In this document: piece after piece, positions 1 to 10,324 of the stretch
How the letters are laid out: every line of letters begins with the position of its first letter
Numbering within the stretch: the first letter of the stretch is position 1
From: Escherichia coli
Lineage (GTDB): Bacteria; Pseudomonadota; Gammaproteobacteria; Enterobacterales; Enterobacteriaceae
Assembly (NCBI RefSeq): GCF_003991155.1
Contig: NZ_CP031293.1
Strand: one strand, 5' to 3'
DNA length: 64,000 nt
Position numbers and translations under genes: made by a program
Notes under the pieces: model-generated
Seen by the model: only the letters and a program-made list of their open reading frames with translations
Databases searched by the model: none
What the model was told of the DNA's origin: nothing

Positions 1-976
1 CCATCGCCTGGAAGTCCAGCATCCCCTGAACATGTGCGACGCAGCTCTGTGCCGCTTCTTTTTGCAATCTGGCGTGTTGCTGTGGATCCTGCTGTGCAGC
101 GCGCCATTGTTCTACGCTCCAGCCCATCGGTAGGTAGCCATAAACCAGATCGTGAGCGGAAGTCTGGTCGGTCACCAGATCCGGCTTGATCGCCCCCTGA
201 CGTGCACGTTTCACCAGTTCAGGAACAATTTCCGCCGCATTGCCCAACAGCGCGATTGAAACAGCGTCTTTGCGCTCAGTATGGTATTTAATCAGCGCCA
301 GTGCATCATCGAGATCTTTCGCTTGTTTATCGACATAACGGGTACGCAGACGGAAGTCGATGCTACTTTGCTGGCACTCGATATTTAATGAACACGCCCC
401 CGCCAGAGTCGCCGCCAGCGGTTGTGCACCGCCCATACCACCTAGCCCTGCGGTCAGGATCCATTTTCCACTCAGCGAATTGTTGTAGTGCTGACGACCC
501 GCTTCAACAAAGGTTTCGAACGTTCCCTGCACAATGCCCTGACTACCGATGTAGATCCACGAGCCAGCGGTCATCTGGCCGTACATGAACAGACCTTTAC
601 GATCCAGTTCATTGAAATGATCCCAGTTGGCCCATTGCGGTACCAGGTTAGAGTTGGCAATCAATACGCGCGGCGCATCGGTATGCGTTTTAAACACGCC
701 TACGGGTTTACCGGACTGAACCAGCAGTGACTCATCAGCTTCCAGATTTTTCAGTGATTCAAGGATTTTGTCAAAACACTCCCAGTTACGTGCCGCACGA
801 CCAATACCACCATACACCACCAGATGCTGTGGATTTTCGGCAACGTCGGGATCAAGGTTGTTCTGCAACATCCGATAGGCAGCTTCGATCTGCCAGTTTT
901 TGCAGTGCAGCTGCGTACCGTGTGGCGCATGGATTACACGGCTGGTATCAATACGCGGGTCTGAAGGCTTACTCAT
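1..976 (-). CDS. hutU: Urocanate hydratase, N-terminal ~325 codons; 3' end lies beyond the window edge
   Basis: Minus-strand frame open to position 1; ATG at 974-976 preceded by GGAG; my translation [23 protein letters not shown]...[15 protein letters not shown]...[15 protein letters not shown]...[13 protein letters not shown] matches the urocanase family. Confidence 0.85.
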   Translation of the reverse strand, partial: MSKPSDPRIDTSRVIHAPHGTQLHCKNWQIEAAYRMLQNNLDPDVAENPQHLVVYGGIGRAARNWECFDKILESLKNLEADESLLVQSGKPVGVFKTHTDAPRVLIANSNLVPQWANWDHFNELDRKGLFMYGQMTAGSWIYIGSQGIVQGTFETFVEAGRQHYNNSLSGKWILTAGLGGMGGAQPLAATLAGACSLNIECQQSSIDFRLRTRYVDKQAKDLDDALALIKYHTERKDAVSIALLGNAAEIVPELVKRARQGAIKPDLVTDQTSAHDLVYGYLPMGWSVEQWRAAQQDPQQHARLQKEAAQSCVAHVQGMLDFQAM

Positions 977-1041
977 GAATCTTCTCCTGTTACTTGATAA
1001 AATTAAACGCTGTAATCGGTCAGAAAAAACGAACGAATGAA

Positions 1042-1060
1042 TATAGAAACGGTTTCTATA
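1042..1060. promoter_or_regulatory. Perfect 9-1-9 palindrome TATAGAAAC-G-GTTTCTATA about 70 bp upstream of the hutU start; candidate operator
   Basis: Palindrome read directly from the sequence; no match to a named operator consensus asserted. Confidence 0.3.
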
Positions 1061-1733
1061 ATTCCCGTTTATCATTTTGTATTATTAATTCATTTAGTGA
1101 ATATTGTTTGTCGTGGTATATTCACTATGAATATAAATTCAAAACCACCAACGCGTTGTATGCGAATTCAATATGCTTAATTTAACTTGTCGAAAAAGTG
1201 ATATTGTTGGCAAAATATTTTCTAATTTGAACATATGAATATGATGAGATTGCAAGATGTCAGTAATTTAATTATATGAGAAATGCGTTAATAACGACCA
1301 GATATTAGCGTAACAACAGGTGTTCCGACACCACACAGTGCGCATAACACAATGATATTTAAAATAAGATCTTCATTATTCGTCATAAAGACATGTTTTA
1401 TTATCATTAATAATCCATTTGTTTTCATCCCACTTTTGATAATTAAAAAACGGCAACAATGGATAGTTACCCGACGTAAAAACAGGCGTAAAAATAAATC
1501 TTAAAATATATCCACTGGAAATTATCATTTTTCATATTTTACAATCTGGCGTCGATAACTGACCCCTTTTATAACACCCCCGTTTGTTAATAGTCTTTTT
1601 TATCTTGTATTGATCGTCATTGCTGCATACACTACGCGCGTTTTCTTTCCCTTTTGCTGGCTGCTGACCGGAAAGACAAAATTACCCTCGCAATAAAGGG
1701 GGTTGTTTAACGTCTATATTTCAGGACAGCGTT

Positions 1734-3131
1734 ATGCATCATCTTTCAAGGCTTGATAAAGCCTTTCTGCGCAAAGGGATCCAACTTTCCCGCGCCAACA
1801 ATATTGTTTCATTATGTCGTCCATCAGGAGCCAGTGCCCACGTACTGCTGCCGGACGAACTGCCGCTGGAAGAAAAAGCAGTGACACAACTGCTTGATTT
1901 TGCAGAAGTGAAGATACCAGACCATCCAGGTTACGTACGCCAGACCTGTGCGACGCCAGATTTTCATCCCGGCAATGGCGTCCCCGTTGGCGCGGTAGTC
2001 GCCTCTACGCCGGATTTAGTCATTCCTGCGGCCATCGGCACCGATATTTCTTGTGGCATGCGGCTGCTGACGACCGGATTAACACTTGAGCAAGCCGAAG
2101 CGAATAAAGAAATAATCACTCAGCGGTTAACACAAGTGTTACTGCAAAATGAGCGCGATGTTCCGTTATCCGCACGAGCGTTCACCGCGCTTTTTGATGG
2201 CGGACCGGCAGATTGCATGTCGGCCTTGCCATCAGCAGGTCTCTGGACACGTACAAATATCCCCCGAATGACGCAAGAGATTGACCGCTGCATTGGGCTT
2301 AACGAGCATAACAGTCATTCGCGTTATGCCCCACCCGCCCTACTGGTAACGGACCGCCCATTACTCCGCGATCCTTGTCTTGGTACGCCGGGTTCAGGTA
2401 ATCATTTTATTGAACTTCAGGTGGTTGATAGCGTGGTTGATCGCCATGTTGCCTGGCAACAAGGGCTGAAAACGGGCGATATTGTGGTGATGATCCACAG
2501 TGGATCGCGAGATGTTGGCTTTTACGTCGGAAGACGCTGGATGGATCGCGCCCGTGCTGAATGGCCCACCGGACATAAACATCCACAAAGCGGGTTATAT
2601 GGCCTGGCAGGCGGACTGGCGGAGGAATATCTACAAGCGATGGGAATGGCGGCGCGTTACGCGTGGTTAAATCGCGTCACAATTGCCGAAATGGTGCGCG
2701 TATGTCTTGCCAATCTCTTTCATCAGGACAATTCGCATCTGGTGGTGGATGTGCCGCATAACATCATCCTTCGCGAGCATGAAATGAATATTCATCGCAA
2801 AGGTGCAACACCGGCACGCGCGGGCAATCTGGCGTTAATCCCCGGTTCAATGGGCGATTATTCGTGGCTTGCAGTCGGTTGCGGCAACCCGGAGTGGCTG
2901 TGGTCTTGCAGTCACGGAGCAGGACGCAGCCAGCGTCGGCAGGCCATGCACTCACGCGCGACTGAAGAGTCAACGTTGCCGTGGCAATGCGTCACATTGC
3001 GCGAAGAACGGCGTATTGAAGAAGCGCCAGCTGCTTATAAAGATATTGGTCCGGTTATCGAAGCCCAACAAGAGGCCGGATTAATTCATCCAGCGGTTAG
3101 ATTCCGACCGTGGTTAACGTTTAAGGCATAA
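1734..3131 (+). CDS. RtcB-family RNA ligase paralogue (465 aa)
   Basis: ORF translation carries RtcB-type motifs: VIPAAIGTDISCGMRL, GSGNHFIELQ, IHSGSRDVG, IPGSMGDYS, CSHGAGR, AYKDIGPV; start codon uncertain (weak RBS). Confidence 0.85.
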   Translation: MHHLSRLDKAFLRKGIQLSRANNIVSLCRPSGASAHVLLPDELPLEEKAVTQLLDFAEVKIPDHPGYVRQTCATPDFHPGNGVPVGAVVASTPDLVIPAAIGTDISCGMRLLTTGLTLEQAEANKEIITQRLTQVLLQNERDVPLSARAFTALFDGGPADCMSALPSAGLWTRTNIPRMTQEIDRCIGLNEHNSHSRYAPPALLVTDRPLLRDPCLGTPGSGNHFIELQVVDSVVDRHVAWQQGLKTGDIVVMIHSGSRDVGFYVGRRWMDRARAEWPTGHKHPQSGLYGLAGGLAEEYLQAMGMAARYAWLNRVTIAEMVRVCLANLFHQDNSHLVVDVPHNIILREHEMNIHRKGATPARAGNLALIPGSMGDYSWLAVGCGNPEWLWSCSHGAGRSQRRQAMHSRATEESTLPWQCVTLREERRIEEAPAAYKDIGPVIEAQQEAGLIHPAVRFRPWLTFKA

Positions 3132-3154
3132 AAAAAGGCCATCATATGATGGCC
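3130..3154 (-). terminator. Intrinsic terminator of the sdh-suc operon, shared by convergent genes (palindrome GGCCATCAT/ATGATGGCC plus U-run on minus strand)
   Basis: 18-bp perfect palindrome 3137-3154 flanked by a 7-A run 3130-3136, which is a U-run for the minus-strand transcript. Confidence 0.65.
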
Positions 3155-3229
3155 AACCATGTCGAAACCGACAGCCCTTCGCCATTCCTGTAGAGGGAAG
3201 CGGCGAGGGCTATTTCTTATTACAGATAT
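3130..3229 (-). ncRNA. sdhX: sucD 3'UTR-derived sRNA candidate (SdhX/RybD-like)
   Basis: About 100 nt between the sucD stop and the terminator; position corresponds to the known SdhX locus in E. coli; sequence identity not verified. Confidence 0.45.
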
Positions 3230-4099
3230 TTATTTCAGAACAGTTTTCAGTGCTTCACCGATATCCGCCAGGCTGCGAACGGTTTTCACGCCTGCGGCTT
3301 CCAGAGCAGCGAATTTCTCATCCGCAGTCCCTTTCCCACCGGCAATGATCGCACCTGCGTGACCCATACGTTTGCCTTTCGGCGCAGTCACACCAGCGAT
3401 GTAACCTACAACTGGCTTGGTAACGTGCTCTTTGATGTATGCAGCCGCTTCTTCTTCAGCGCTACCACCGATCTCACCGATCATCACGATCGCTTCGGTC
3501 TGCGGATCTTTTTCGAACATTTCGAGGATGTCGATAAAGTTAGAGCCAGGGATCGGGTCGCCGCCGATACCAACACAGGTCGACTGACCGAAACCGTAAT
3601 CCGTGGTCTGTTTAACCGCTTCATAGGTCAGTGTACCGGAACGGGAAACGATACCCACTTTACCCGGTTTGTGAATGTGACCAGGCTGGATACCGATTTT
3701 GCATTCACCCGGAGTGATAACGCCCGGGCAGTTCGGGCCGATCATGCGAACGCCCGCTTCATCCAGTTTCACCTTCACGGTCAGCATATCCAGCGTCGGG
3801 ATGCCTTCAGTGATGGTGATAATCAGTTTGATGCCTGCATCAATAGCTTCCAGAATGGAGTCTTTGCAGAACGGTGCTGGTACGTAGATAACAGAAGCGG
3901 TAGCGCCAGTAGCAGCAACAGCTTCACGCACGGTGTTGAACACCGGCAGGCCGAGGTGGGTGGTGCCGCCTTTACCTGGGGTTACGCCGCCAACCATTTT
4001 AGTGCCGTATGCAATAGCCTGTTCTGAGTGGAAAGTCCCCTGGCTACCGGTAAAGCCCTGGCAGATAACCTTGGTGTTTTTATCAATTAAAATGGACAT
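3230..4099 (-). CDS. sucD: Succinyl-CoA synthetase alpha subunit
   Basis: 289-aa ORF; translation [33 protein letters not shown]... Confidence 0.97.
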
Positions 4100-5265
4100 T
4101 ATTTCCCCTCCACTGCGGCAACAACCTGCTGAGCTGCATCCGTCAGACCTTTTGCTGCAATAATATTCAGGCCGCTGTCAGCCAGTTTCTTCGCGCCGAG
4201 TTCGGCGTTGTTACCTTCCAGACGTACCACGACCGGTACGTTAACACCCACTTCCGCTACCGCGCCGATGATACCGTCAGCGATCAGGTCGCAACGAACG
4301 ATACCGCCGAAGATGTTAACCAGAACGGCTTTCACTTTGTCGTCAGAGAGGATGATTTTGAACGCTTCGGTTACGCGCTCTTTGGTTGCGCCGCCGCCAA
4401 CGTCCAGGAAGTTAGCTGGTTCGCCGCCGTGCAGTTTAACGATGTCCATGGTGCCCATCGCCAGGCCTGCGCCGTTAACCATACAACCGATGTTACCGTC
4501 CAGCGCAACGTAGTTCAGTTCCCACTGTGCAGCCTGTGCTTCACGCGGATCTTCCTGCGACTGGTCACGCATTTCGCGCAGATCAGGCTGGCGGAACAGT
4601 GCGTTGCCATCAGCGCCCAGTTTGCCGTCGAGGCAAATCAGATCGCCCTGTTTGGTGATGACCAGCGGGTTGATTTCGATCAGCGCCAGGTCGCGCTCCA
4701 GGAAAATGGTCGCCAGGCCCATGAAGATTTTGGTGAACTGCTGAACCAGTTTACCTTCCAGACCCAGTTTGAACGCCAGCTCGCGTCCCTGATACGGCAT
4801 CGGGCCAGTCAGCGGATCAAGCGCAACTTTGTGGATCAGGTGCGGAGTTTCTTCCGCCACTTTTTCGATTTCCACGCCGCCTTCGGTGGAGGCCATAAAG
4901 ACCACGCGACGTGAACTACGGTCTACAACGGCACCGAGATACAGCTCTTTAGCGATATCGGTCGCTGCTTCAACCAGAATCTGGTTAACCGGTTGGCCAT
5001 TGGCATCTGTTTGATACGTTACCAGACGCTTGCCCAGCCAGTTTTCTGCAAAAGCACGGATGTCTTCTTTGCTGTTTACCACTTTCACACCGCCCGCTTT
5101 ACCGCGGCCACCAGCGTGAACCTGACATTTCACTACCCACGGACCGGCACCGATTTTTGAAGCGGCTTCTTCTGCTTCGCGCGGAGTAGTACAGGCATAA
5201 CCCACCGGTGCTGGTAAGCCATAGCGGGCAAAAAGTTGTTTTGCCTGATATTCATGTAAGTTCAT
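4099..5265 (-). CDS. sucC: Succinyl-CoA synthetase beta subunit
   Basis: 388-aa [21 protein letters not shown]...; stop overlaps the sucD start by 1 nt. Confidence 0.97.
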
Positions 5266-5305
5266 GTGTTCTGTCCATCCTTCAGTAATCGTTATCTTTT
5301 AAACC

Positions 5306-5336
5306 GTAGACCGACACCCTATCCACGTCGGTCTAC
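5306..5336 (-). other. Intercistronic hairpin between sucB and sucC (10-bp stem GTAGACCGAC/GTCGGTCTAC, 11-nt loop)
   Basis: Perfect inverted repeat read from the sequence; lies inside the operon transcript. Confidence 0.4.
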
Positions 5337-5358
5337 AGTGCAGGTGAAACTTAAACTA

Positions 5359-6576
5359 CTACACGTCCAGCAGCAGACGCGTCGGATCTTCCAGCAACTC
5401 TTTGATCGTTACCAGGAAGCCCACGGATTCGCGACCATCGATCAGACGGTGATCGTAGGACAGCGCCAGGTACATCATCGGCAGGATCTCAACCTGACCA
5501 TTCACCGCCATCGGACGATCTTTGATAGCGTGCATACCCAGAATTGCGCTCTGCGGCGGGTTGATGATCGGCGTAGACATCAGGGAACCGAACACACCAC
5601 CGTTGGTGATGGTGAAGTTACCACCGGTCAGATCTTCAACCGTCAGCTTGCCGTCACGGCCTTTAACTGCCAGCTCTTTAATTTTCTTCTCAATGTCTGC
5701 CATACCGAGGGTATCGACATCACGCAGTACCGGCGTCACCAGGCCGCGCGGCGTAGAAACCGCCATGCTGACGTCGAAATAGTTGTGGTAAACCACGTCA
5801 TCGCCGTCGATAGAAGCATTCACTTCCGGGTAACGTTTCAGGGCTTCAACCACCGCTTTCACGTAGAAGGACATAAAGCCCAGACGGATGCCGTGGCGTT
5901 TTTCAAACGCTTCACCGTACTGCTTACGCAGATCCATAATCGGCTTCATGTTGACTTCGTTGAACGTGGTCAGCATGGCGGTGGAGTTTTTCGCTTCCAG
6001 CAGACGCTCTGCCACACGCTTACGCAGGCGAGTCATCGGCACACGTTTTTCGCTACGTGCAGCCAGGGCCGGTTGCGCCGCCGGAGCAGCCGCTGCCGGA
6101 GCAGACTCTTTCGCCGGGGCTTTCGCCAGATGTTTTTCCACATCTTCACGGGTCAGACGACCACCTACACCGGTGCCTTTAATGGCGCTGGCATCAAGAT
6201 TGTGTTCAGCCAGCAGGCGACGGATCGCCGGGCTTAAAGCATCGTTGTTTTGCTCTTCCAGAGACGCCTGCTGGCGTTGCGCCGGAGTGGACGCTTTCTC
6301 TTCAGATTTGGCGCTGGTTTCTTTACCGGCGCTGTTGCCTTCACGCAGGCGACCAAGGATCTGACGAGACGTTACCGTTGTACCTTCATCTTCCAGAACC
6401 GCATCCAGAATGCCGTCTGCTGATGCCGGTACTTCCAGTACCACTTTGTCAGTTTCGATTTCTACCAGCACTTCATCACGTACGACTGCGTCGCCGGGTT
6501 TTTTATGCCAGGTTGCGACGGTGGCATCGGCTACGGATTCAGGCAGGTCAGGGACCAGAATATCTACGCTACTCAT
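5359..6576 (-). CDS. sucB: 2-oxoglutarate dehydrogenase E2 (dihydrolipoyllysine succinyltransferase)
   Basis: 405-aa ORF with lipoyl domain ([13 protein letters not shown]) and Ala/Pro-rich linker. Confidence 0.97.
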
Positions 6577-6590
6577 TGTGTATCCTTTAT

Positions 6591-9392
6591 TTATTCGACG
6601 TTCAGCGCGTCATTAACCAGATCTTGTTGCTGTTTCTGGTGAACGGACATATACCCTACCGCCGGAGAGGCGGAGGCCGGGCGGCCTGCATAACGCAGAG
6701 AAGCCCCAAACGGAATCACTTCACGGAAATGATGCTGGCTGCAGTACCATGCGCCCTGATTGAGCGGCTCTTCCTGGCACCAGACAAAATCCTTGACGTG
6801 AGCAAACTGCTGCAACACTTCCTGCATCGCTTTATGCGGGAACGGGTAGAGTTGCTCGATACGCACAATGGCGACATCGTGTTGATTGTTCTTACGACGC
6901 TGTTCCAGCAGGTCGTAATAAACCTTACCAGAACACATCACTACGCGCTTCACGCCCTTCGGATCAAGCTCGTCGATTTCACCGATGGCTGGCAGGAAGG
7001 TGCCGTTCGCCAGTTCTTCGAGGCTGGAAACCGCCAGCGGATGACGCAGCAGGGATTTCGGCGACATCACGACCAGCGGACGACGCATCCCGCGCAGCGC
7101 CTGACGACGCAGCATGTGGTAAACCTGTGCCGGGGTAGACGGTACGCACACCTGCATGTTTTGCTCAGCGCAAAGTTGCAGATAACGTTCCAGACGCGCG
7201 GAGGAGTGCTCCGGCCCCTGCCCTTCGTAACCGTGCGGCAGCAACATCACCAGACCACACATCCGGCCCCATTTCTGCTCGCCAGAGGAGATGAACTGGT
7301 CGATAACCACCTGAGCACCGTTGGCGAAGTCACCGAATTGCGCTTCCCAGATAGTCAGAGTGCGTGGTTCTGCGGTGGCATAACCGTATTCAAACGCCAG
7401 TACGGCTTCTTCAGACAGTACGGAGTCCCAGACACGGAACGCGCCCTGGCCGTTATGGATGTGTTGCAGCGGCGTGTAAGTGGAACCGTTAGACTGGTTG
7501 TGGATCACCGCGTGGCGGTGGAAGAAGGTACCGCGACCGGAGTCTTCACCCGACAGGCGAACCGGAATGCCTTCGTCAACCAGCGTGGCGTAAGCGAGGT
7601 TTTCCGCGCCGCCCCAGTCGAACAGTTTCTCACCAGCAGCCATCGCCTGGCGATCGCCATAAATCTTGGCAACGCGAGACTGCATTTCAACTGCTTCCGG
7701 CACCGTGCTGATGCGTTTAGCCAGTTCCTGCAGGCGCTTCATCTCAACTTTGTTCGGGTACTCTTCGTCCCATTCGTGGTTGAGGTACGGCGACCAGGTG
7801 AAAGAGTGCATGTTCATCGGACGCCACTCTGCTACAACGCAATCGCCAGCATCCAGCGCATCGCGGTACAGGTTAACCATCTCGGTGGCATCTTCCAGCG
7901 TCGCGACTTTTTCCTGCTCCAGCTTGTCAGCATAGATTTTGCGCGGCGTCGGATGTTTTTTGATTTTCTGATACATCAGCGGCTGGGTTGCGCTCGGCTC
8001 GTCGGCTTCGTTGTGGCCGTGACGGCGGTAGCACACCAGGTCGATGAAGACATCACGTTTAAAGGTGTTACGGAAATCGAGCGCCAGACGGGTCACAAAG
8101 GCAACGGCTTCCGGATCATCCGCGTTTACGTGGAAAATCGGTGCCTGAACCATCTTACCGATATCAGTACAGTACGGTGTAGAACGAGCATCCAGCGGAT
8201 TAGAGGTGGTGAAGCCAACCTGGTTGTTGATAACGATACGTACCGTACCGCCAACTTCATAACCACGCGCTTTCGACATGTTCAGGGTTTCCTGAACCAC
8301 GCCCTGCCCGGTCACTGCGGCGTCACCGTGGATGGTGATTGGCAGCACTTTGTTGCTGCTCGGCTCATCGAGTCTGTCCAGACGGGCACGAACAGAACCG
8401 ATAACTACCGGGCTGACAATCTCAAGGTGAGACGGGTTAAACGCCAGCGCCAGGTGCACCAGGCCGCCATCGGTCTGGAAGTCAGACGAGAAGCCCATGT
8501 GGTATTTCACGTCGCCCGTGCCGAGGTGTTCTTTATGTTTACCGGCAAACTCGTCGAACAAGTCTTGCGGTTTTTTACCCAGCACGTTCACCAGCACGTT
8601 CAGACGACCACGGTGCGCCATCCCGAGAACCACTTCGCGGGTGCCGCTGTTGCCAGCGTGGCGGATCATCTCTTTAAGCATCGGGATTAACGCGTCACCG
8701 CCTTCCAGCGAGAAGCGTTTTGCGCCAGGGAATTTTGCGCCGAGGTAACGTTCAAGGCCTTCAGCGGCGGTCAGTTCGCTTAAGAAGCGTTTTTTCTCTT
8801 CGCTATTGAAAGTCGCGCGACCAGACTCGATACGCTGTTGGATCCAGCGTTTTTCTTCGGTGCTGGTGATGTGCATATACTCGGCACCAATCGGGCCGCA
8901 GTAGGTTTGCTTGAGGGCTTCCAGCAGCTCGCCGAGTTTCATGGTTTCTTTGCCGCTGGCAAATGAACCGACGTTGAAGGTCTCCTGGAAGTCTGCTTCG
9001 GTCAGATCGTGGAAAGACGGATCCAGATCGGCCACTTTATCTTGCTGCCACAGTCCCAGCGGATCGAGATTCGCATGCTGGTGACCACGGAAGCGGTATG
9101 CGTTAATGAGCTGCAGGACTTTAACCTGCTTCACATTGGTGTCAGGGTCGGAGATCGTTGAAGAGTAACGTGAAGCGTCTTTCGCCAGGCGGCGGAAATA
9201 TTCACGCGTTTGAGAGTGGAATTGATCCGGTTTGACTCCCGTACCAGGTAACTGCTGGAACGTCGAACGCCAGTTAGCGTCAACCGAGTCAGGATCGGTT
9301 AAGAAGTCTTCATAGAGCTGTTCTATCCAGCTCTGGTTTGCGCCAGAGAGGTAAGAAGAGTCCAACCAGGCTTTCAAAGCGCTGTTCTGCAT
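6591..9392 (-). CDS. sucA: 2-oxoglutarate dehydrogenase E1
   Basis: 933-aa [34 protein letters not shown]... Confidence 0.97.
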   Translation of the reverse strand: MQNSALKAWLDSSYLSGANQSWIEQLYEDFLTDPDSVDANWRSTFQQLPGTGVKPDQFHSQTREYFRRLAKDASRYSSTISDPDTNVKQVKVLQLINAYRFRGHQHANLDPLGLWQQDKVADLDPSFHDLTEADFQETFNVGSFASGKETMKLGELLEALKQTYCGPIGAEYMHITSTEEKRWIQQRIESGRATFNSEEKKRFLSELTAAEGLERYLGAKFPGAKRFSLEGGDALIPMLKEMIRHAGNSGTREVVLGMAHRGRLNVLVNVLGKKPQDLFDEFAGKHKEHLGTGDVKYHMGFSSDFQTDGGLVHLALAFNPSHLEIVSPVVIGSVRARLDRLDEPSSNKVLPITIHGDAAVTGQGVVQETLNMSKARGYEVGGTVRIVINNQVGFTTSNPLDARSTPYCTDIGKMVQAPIFHVNADDPEAVAFVTRLALDFRNTFKRDVFIDLVCYRRHGHNEADEPSATQPLMYQKIKKHPTPRKIYADKLEQEKVATLEDATEMVNLYRDALDAGDCVVAEWRPMNMHSFTWSPYLNHEWDEEYPNKVEMKRLQELAKRISTVPEAVEMQSRVAKIYGDRQAMAAGEKLFDWGGAENLAYATLVDEGIPVRLSGEDSGRGTFFHRHAVIHNQSNGSTYTPLQHIHNGQGAFRVWDSVLSEEAVLAFEYGYATAEPRTLTIWEAQFGDFANGAQVVIDQFISSGEQKWGRMCGLVMLLPHGYEGQGPEHSSARLERYLQLCAEQNMQVCVPSTPAQVYHMLRRQALRGMRRPLVVMSPKSLLRHPLAVSSLEELANGTFLPAIGEIDELDPKGVKRVVMCSGKVYYDLLEQRRKNNQHDVAIVRIEQLYPFPHKAMQEVLQQFAHVKDFVWCQEEPLNQGAWYCSQHHFREVIPFGASLRYAGRPASASPAVGYMSVHQKQQQDLVNDALNVE

Positions 9393-9592
9393 CGTGATCC
9401 CTTAAGCATCTTTTTTATGCTTACTTCGCCGTGGATACTACCACGCACAGTGATGTGCGTGCCGGGGTTCACTTGCGAGCTCTTGTCTACGTAGTGGCTC
9501 GCGAAGGAACCTTTAAAAACTGTCTTAGTGTCAGGGGCAGTTTTTAAAGATTTCCTGAATAGCCGGGGGATTTCCCCGGCATCAACATTTAA

Positions 9593-10309
9593 TTACGCAT
9601 TACGTTGCAACAACATCGACTTGATATGGCCGATGGCGCGCGTCGGGTTCAGCCCCTTCGGACATACACTGACGCAGTTCATGATGCTGTGACAGCGGAA
9701 TACACTGAATGCATCGCTCAAACCGTCGAGGCGGCTGTCAGTCTCGGTATCACGGCTATCGATCAGGAAACGATATGCCGCTAACAAGCCTGCCGGGCCG
9801 ATAAACTTATCGGGATTCCACCAGAAAGACGGACAAGAGGTTGAACAACATGCGCAGAGAATACATTCATACAACCCGTCGAGTTTTTCGCGCTGCTCTG
9901 GCATCTGTAAATGCTCGCGAGCTGGCGGATTTTGTCCATTATTCAACAGGTAAGGCTTAATTTTCTCATATTGCGCATAGAATTGTCCCATGTCTACCAC
10001 CAAATCGCGGATCACCGGTAAACCTGGCAGCGGGCGAATCACAATCTTCTTGCCCGGCTGGTTGAGTGCCGAAATCGGGGTAATACAGGCCAGACCATTC
10101 TTGCCGTTCATGTTCAGACCGTCGGAACCGCACACACCTTCGCGGCAGGAGCGGCGGAACGACAGGCTGGGATCTTTCTCTTTCAGCTGGATAAGCGCAT
10201 CCAGCAGCATCATGTCGCGACCTTCTTCCGCTTCCAGGGTGTAATCCTGCATACGCGGAGCATCATCAACATCCGGGTTATAGCGATAAATTGAAAACTC
10301 GAGTCTCAT
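9593..10309 (-). CDS. sdhB: Succinate dehydrogenase iron-sulfur subunit
   Basis: 238-aa ORF with Cys clusters (CREGVCGSDG, CILCACCSTSCP, CHSIMNCVSVCP). Confidence 0.97.
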   Translation of the reverse strand: MRLEFSIYRYNPDVDDAPRMQDYTLEAEEGRDMMLLDALIQLKEKDPSLSFRRSCREGVCGSDGLNMNGKNGLACITPISALNQPGKKIVIRPLPGLPVIRDLVVDMGQFYAQYEKIKPYLLNNGQNPPAREHLQMPEQREKLDGLYECILCACCSTSCPSFWWNPDKFIGPAGLLAAYRFLIDSRDTETDSRLDGLSDAFSVFRCHSIMNCVSVCPKGLNPTRAIGHIKSMLLQRNA

Positions 10310-10324
10310 TTTCCTGTCTCCGCA

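Noticed and set aside
994-1185. 63-aa ORF in the AT-rich spacer
   Set aside because: Low-complexity AT-driven translation, no Shine-Dalgarno sequence, no recognisable family; more likely promoter DNA.
5266-6237. 323-aa plus-strand ORF
   Set aside because: Antisense to sucB.
6378-8690. 770-aa ORF on the plus strand
   Set aside because: Lies entirely antisense to sucA; no RBS or recognisable protein features, and the translation is Arg/His/Val-rich in the way typical of the reverse frame of a GC-rich gene.
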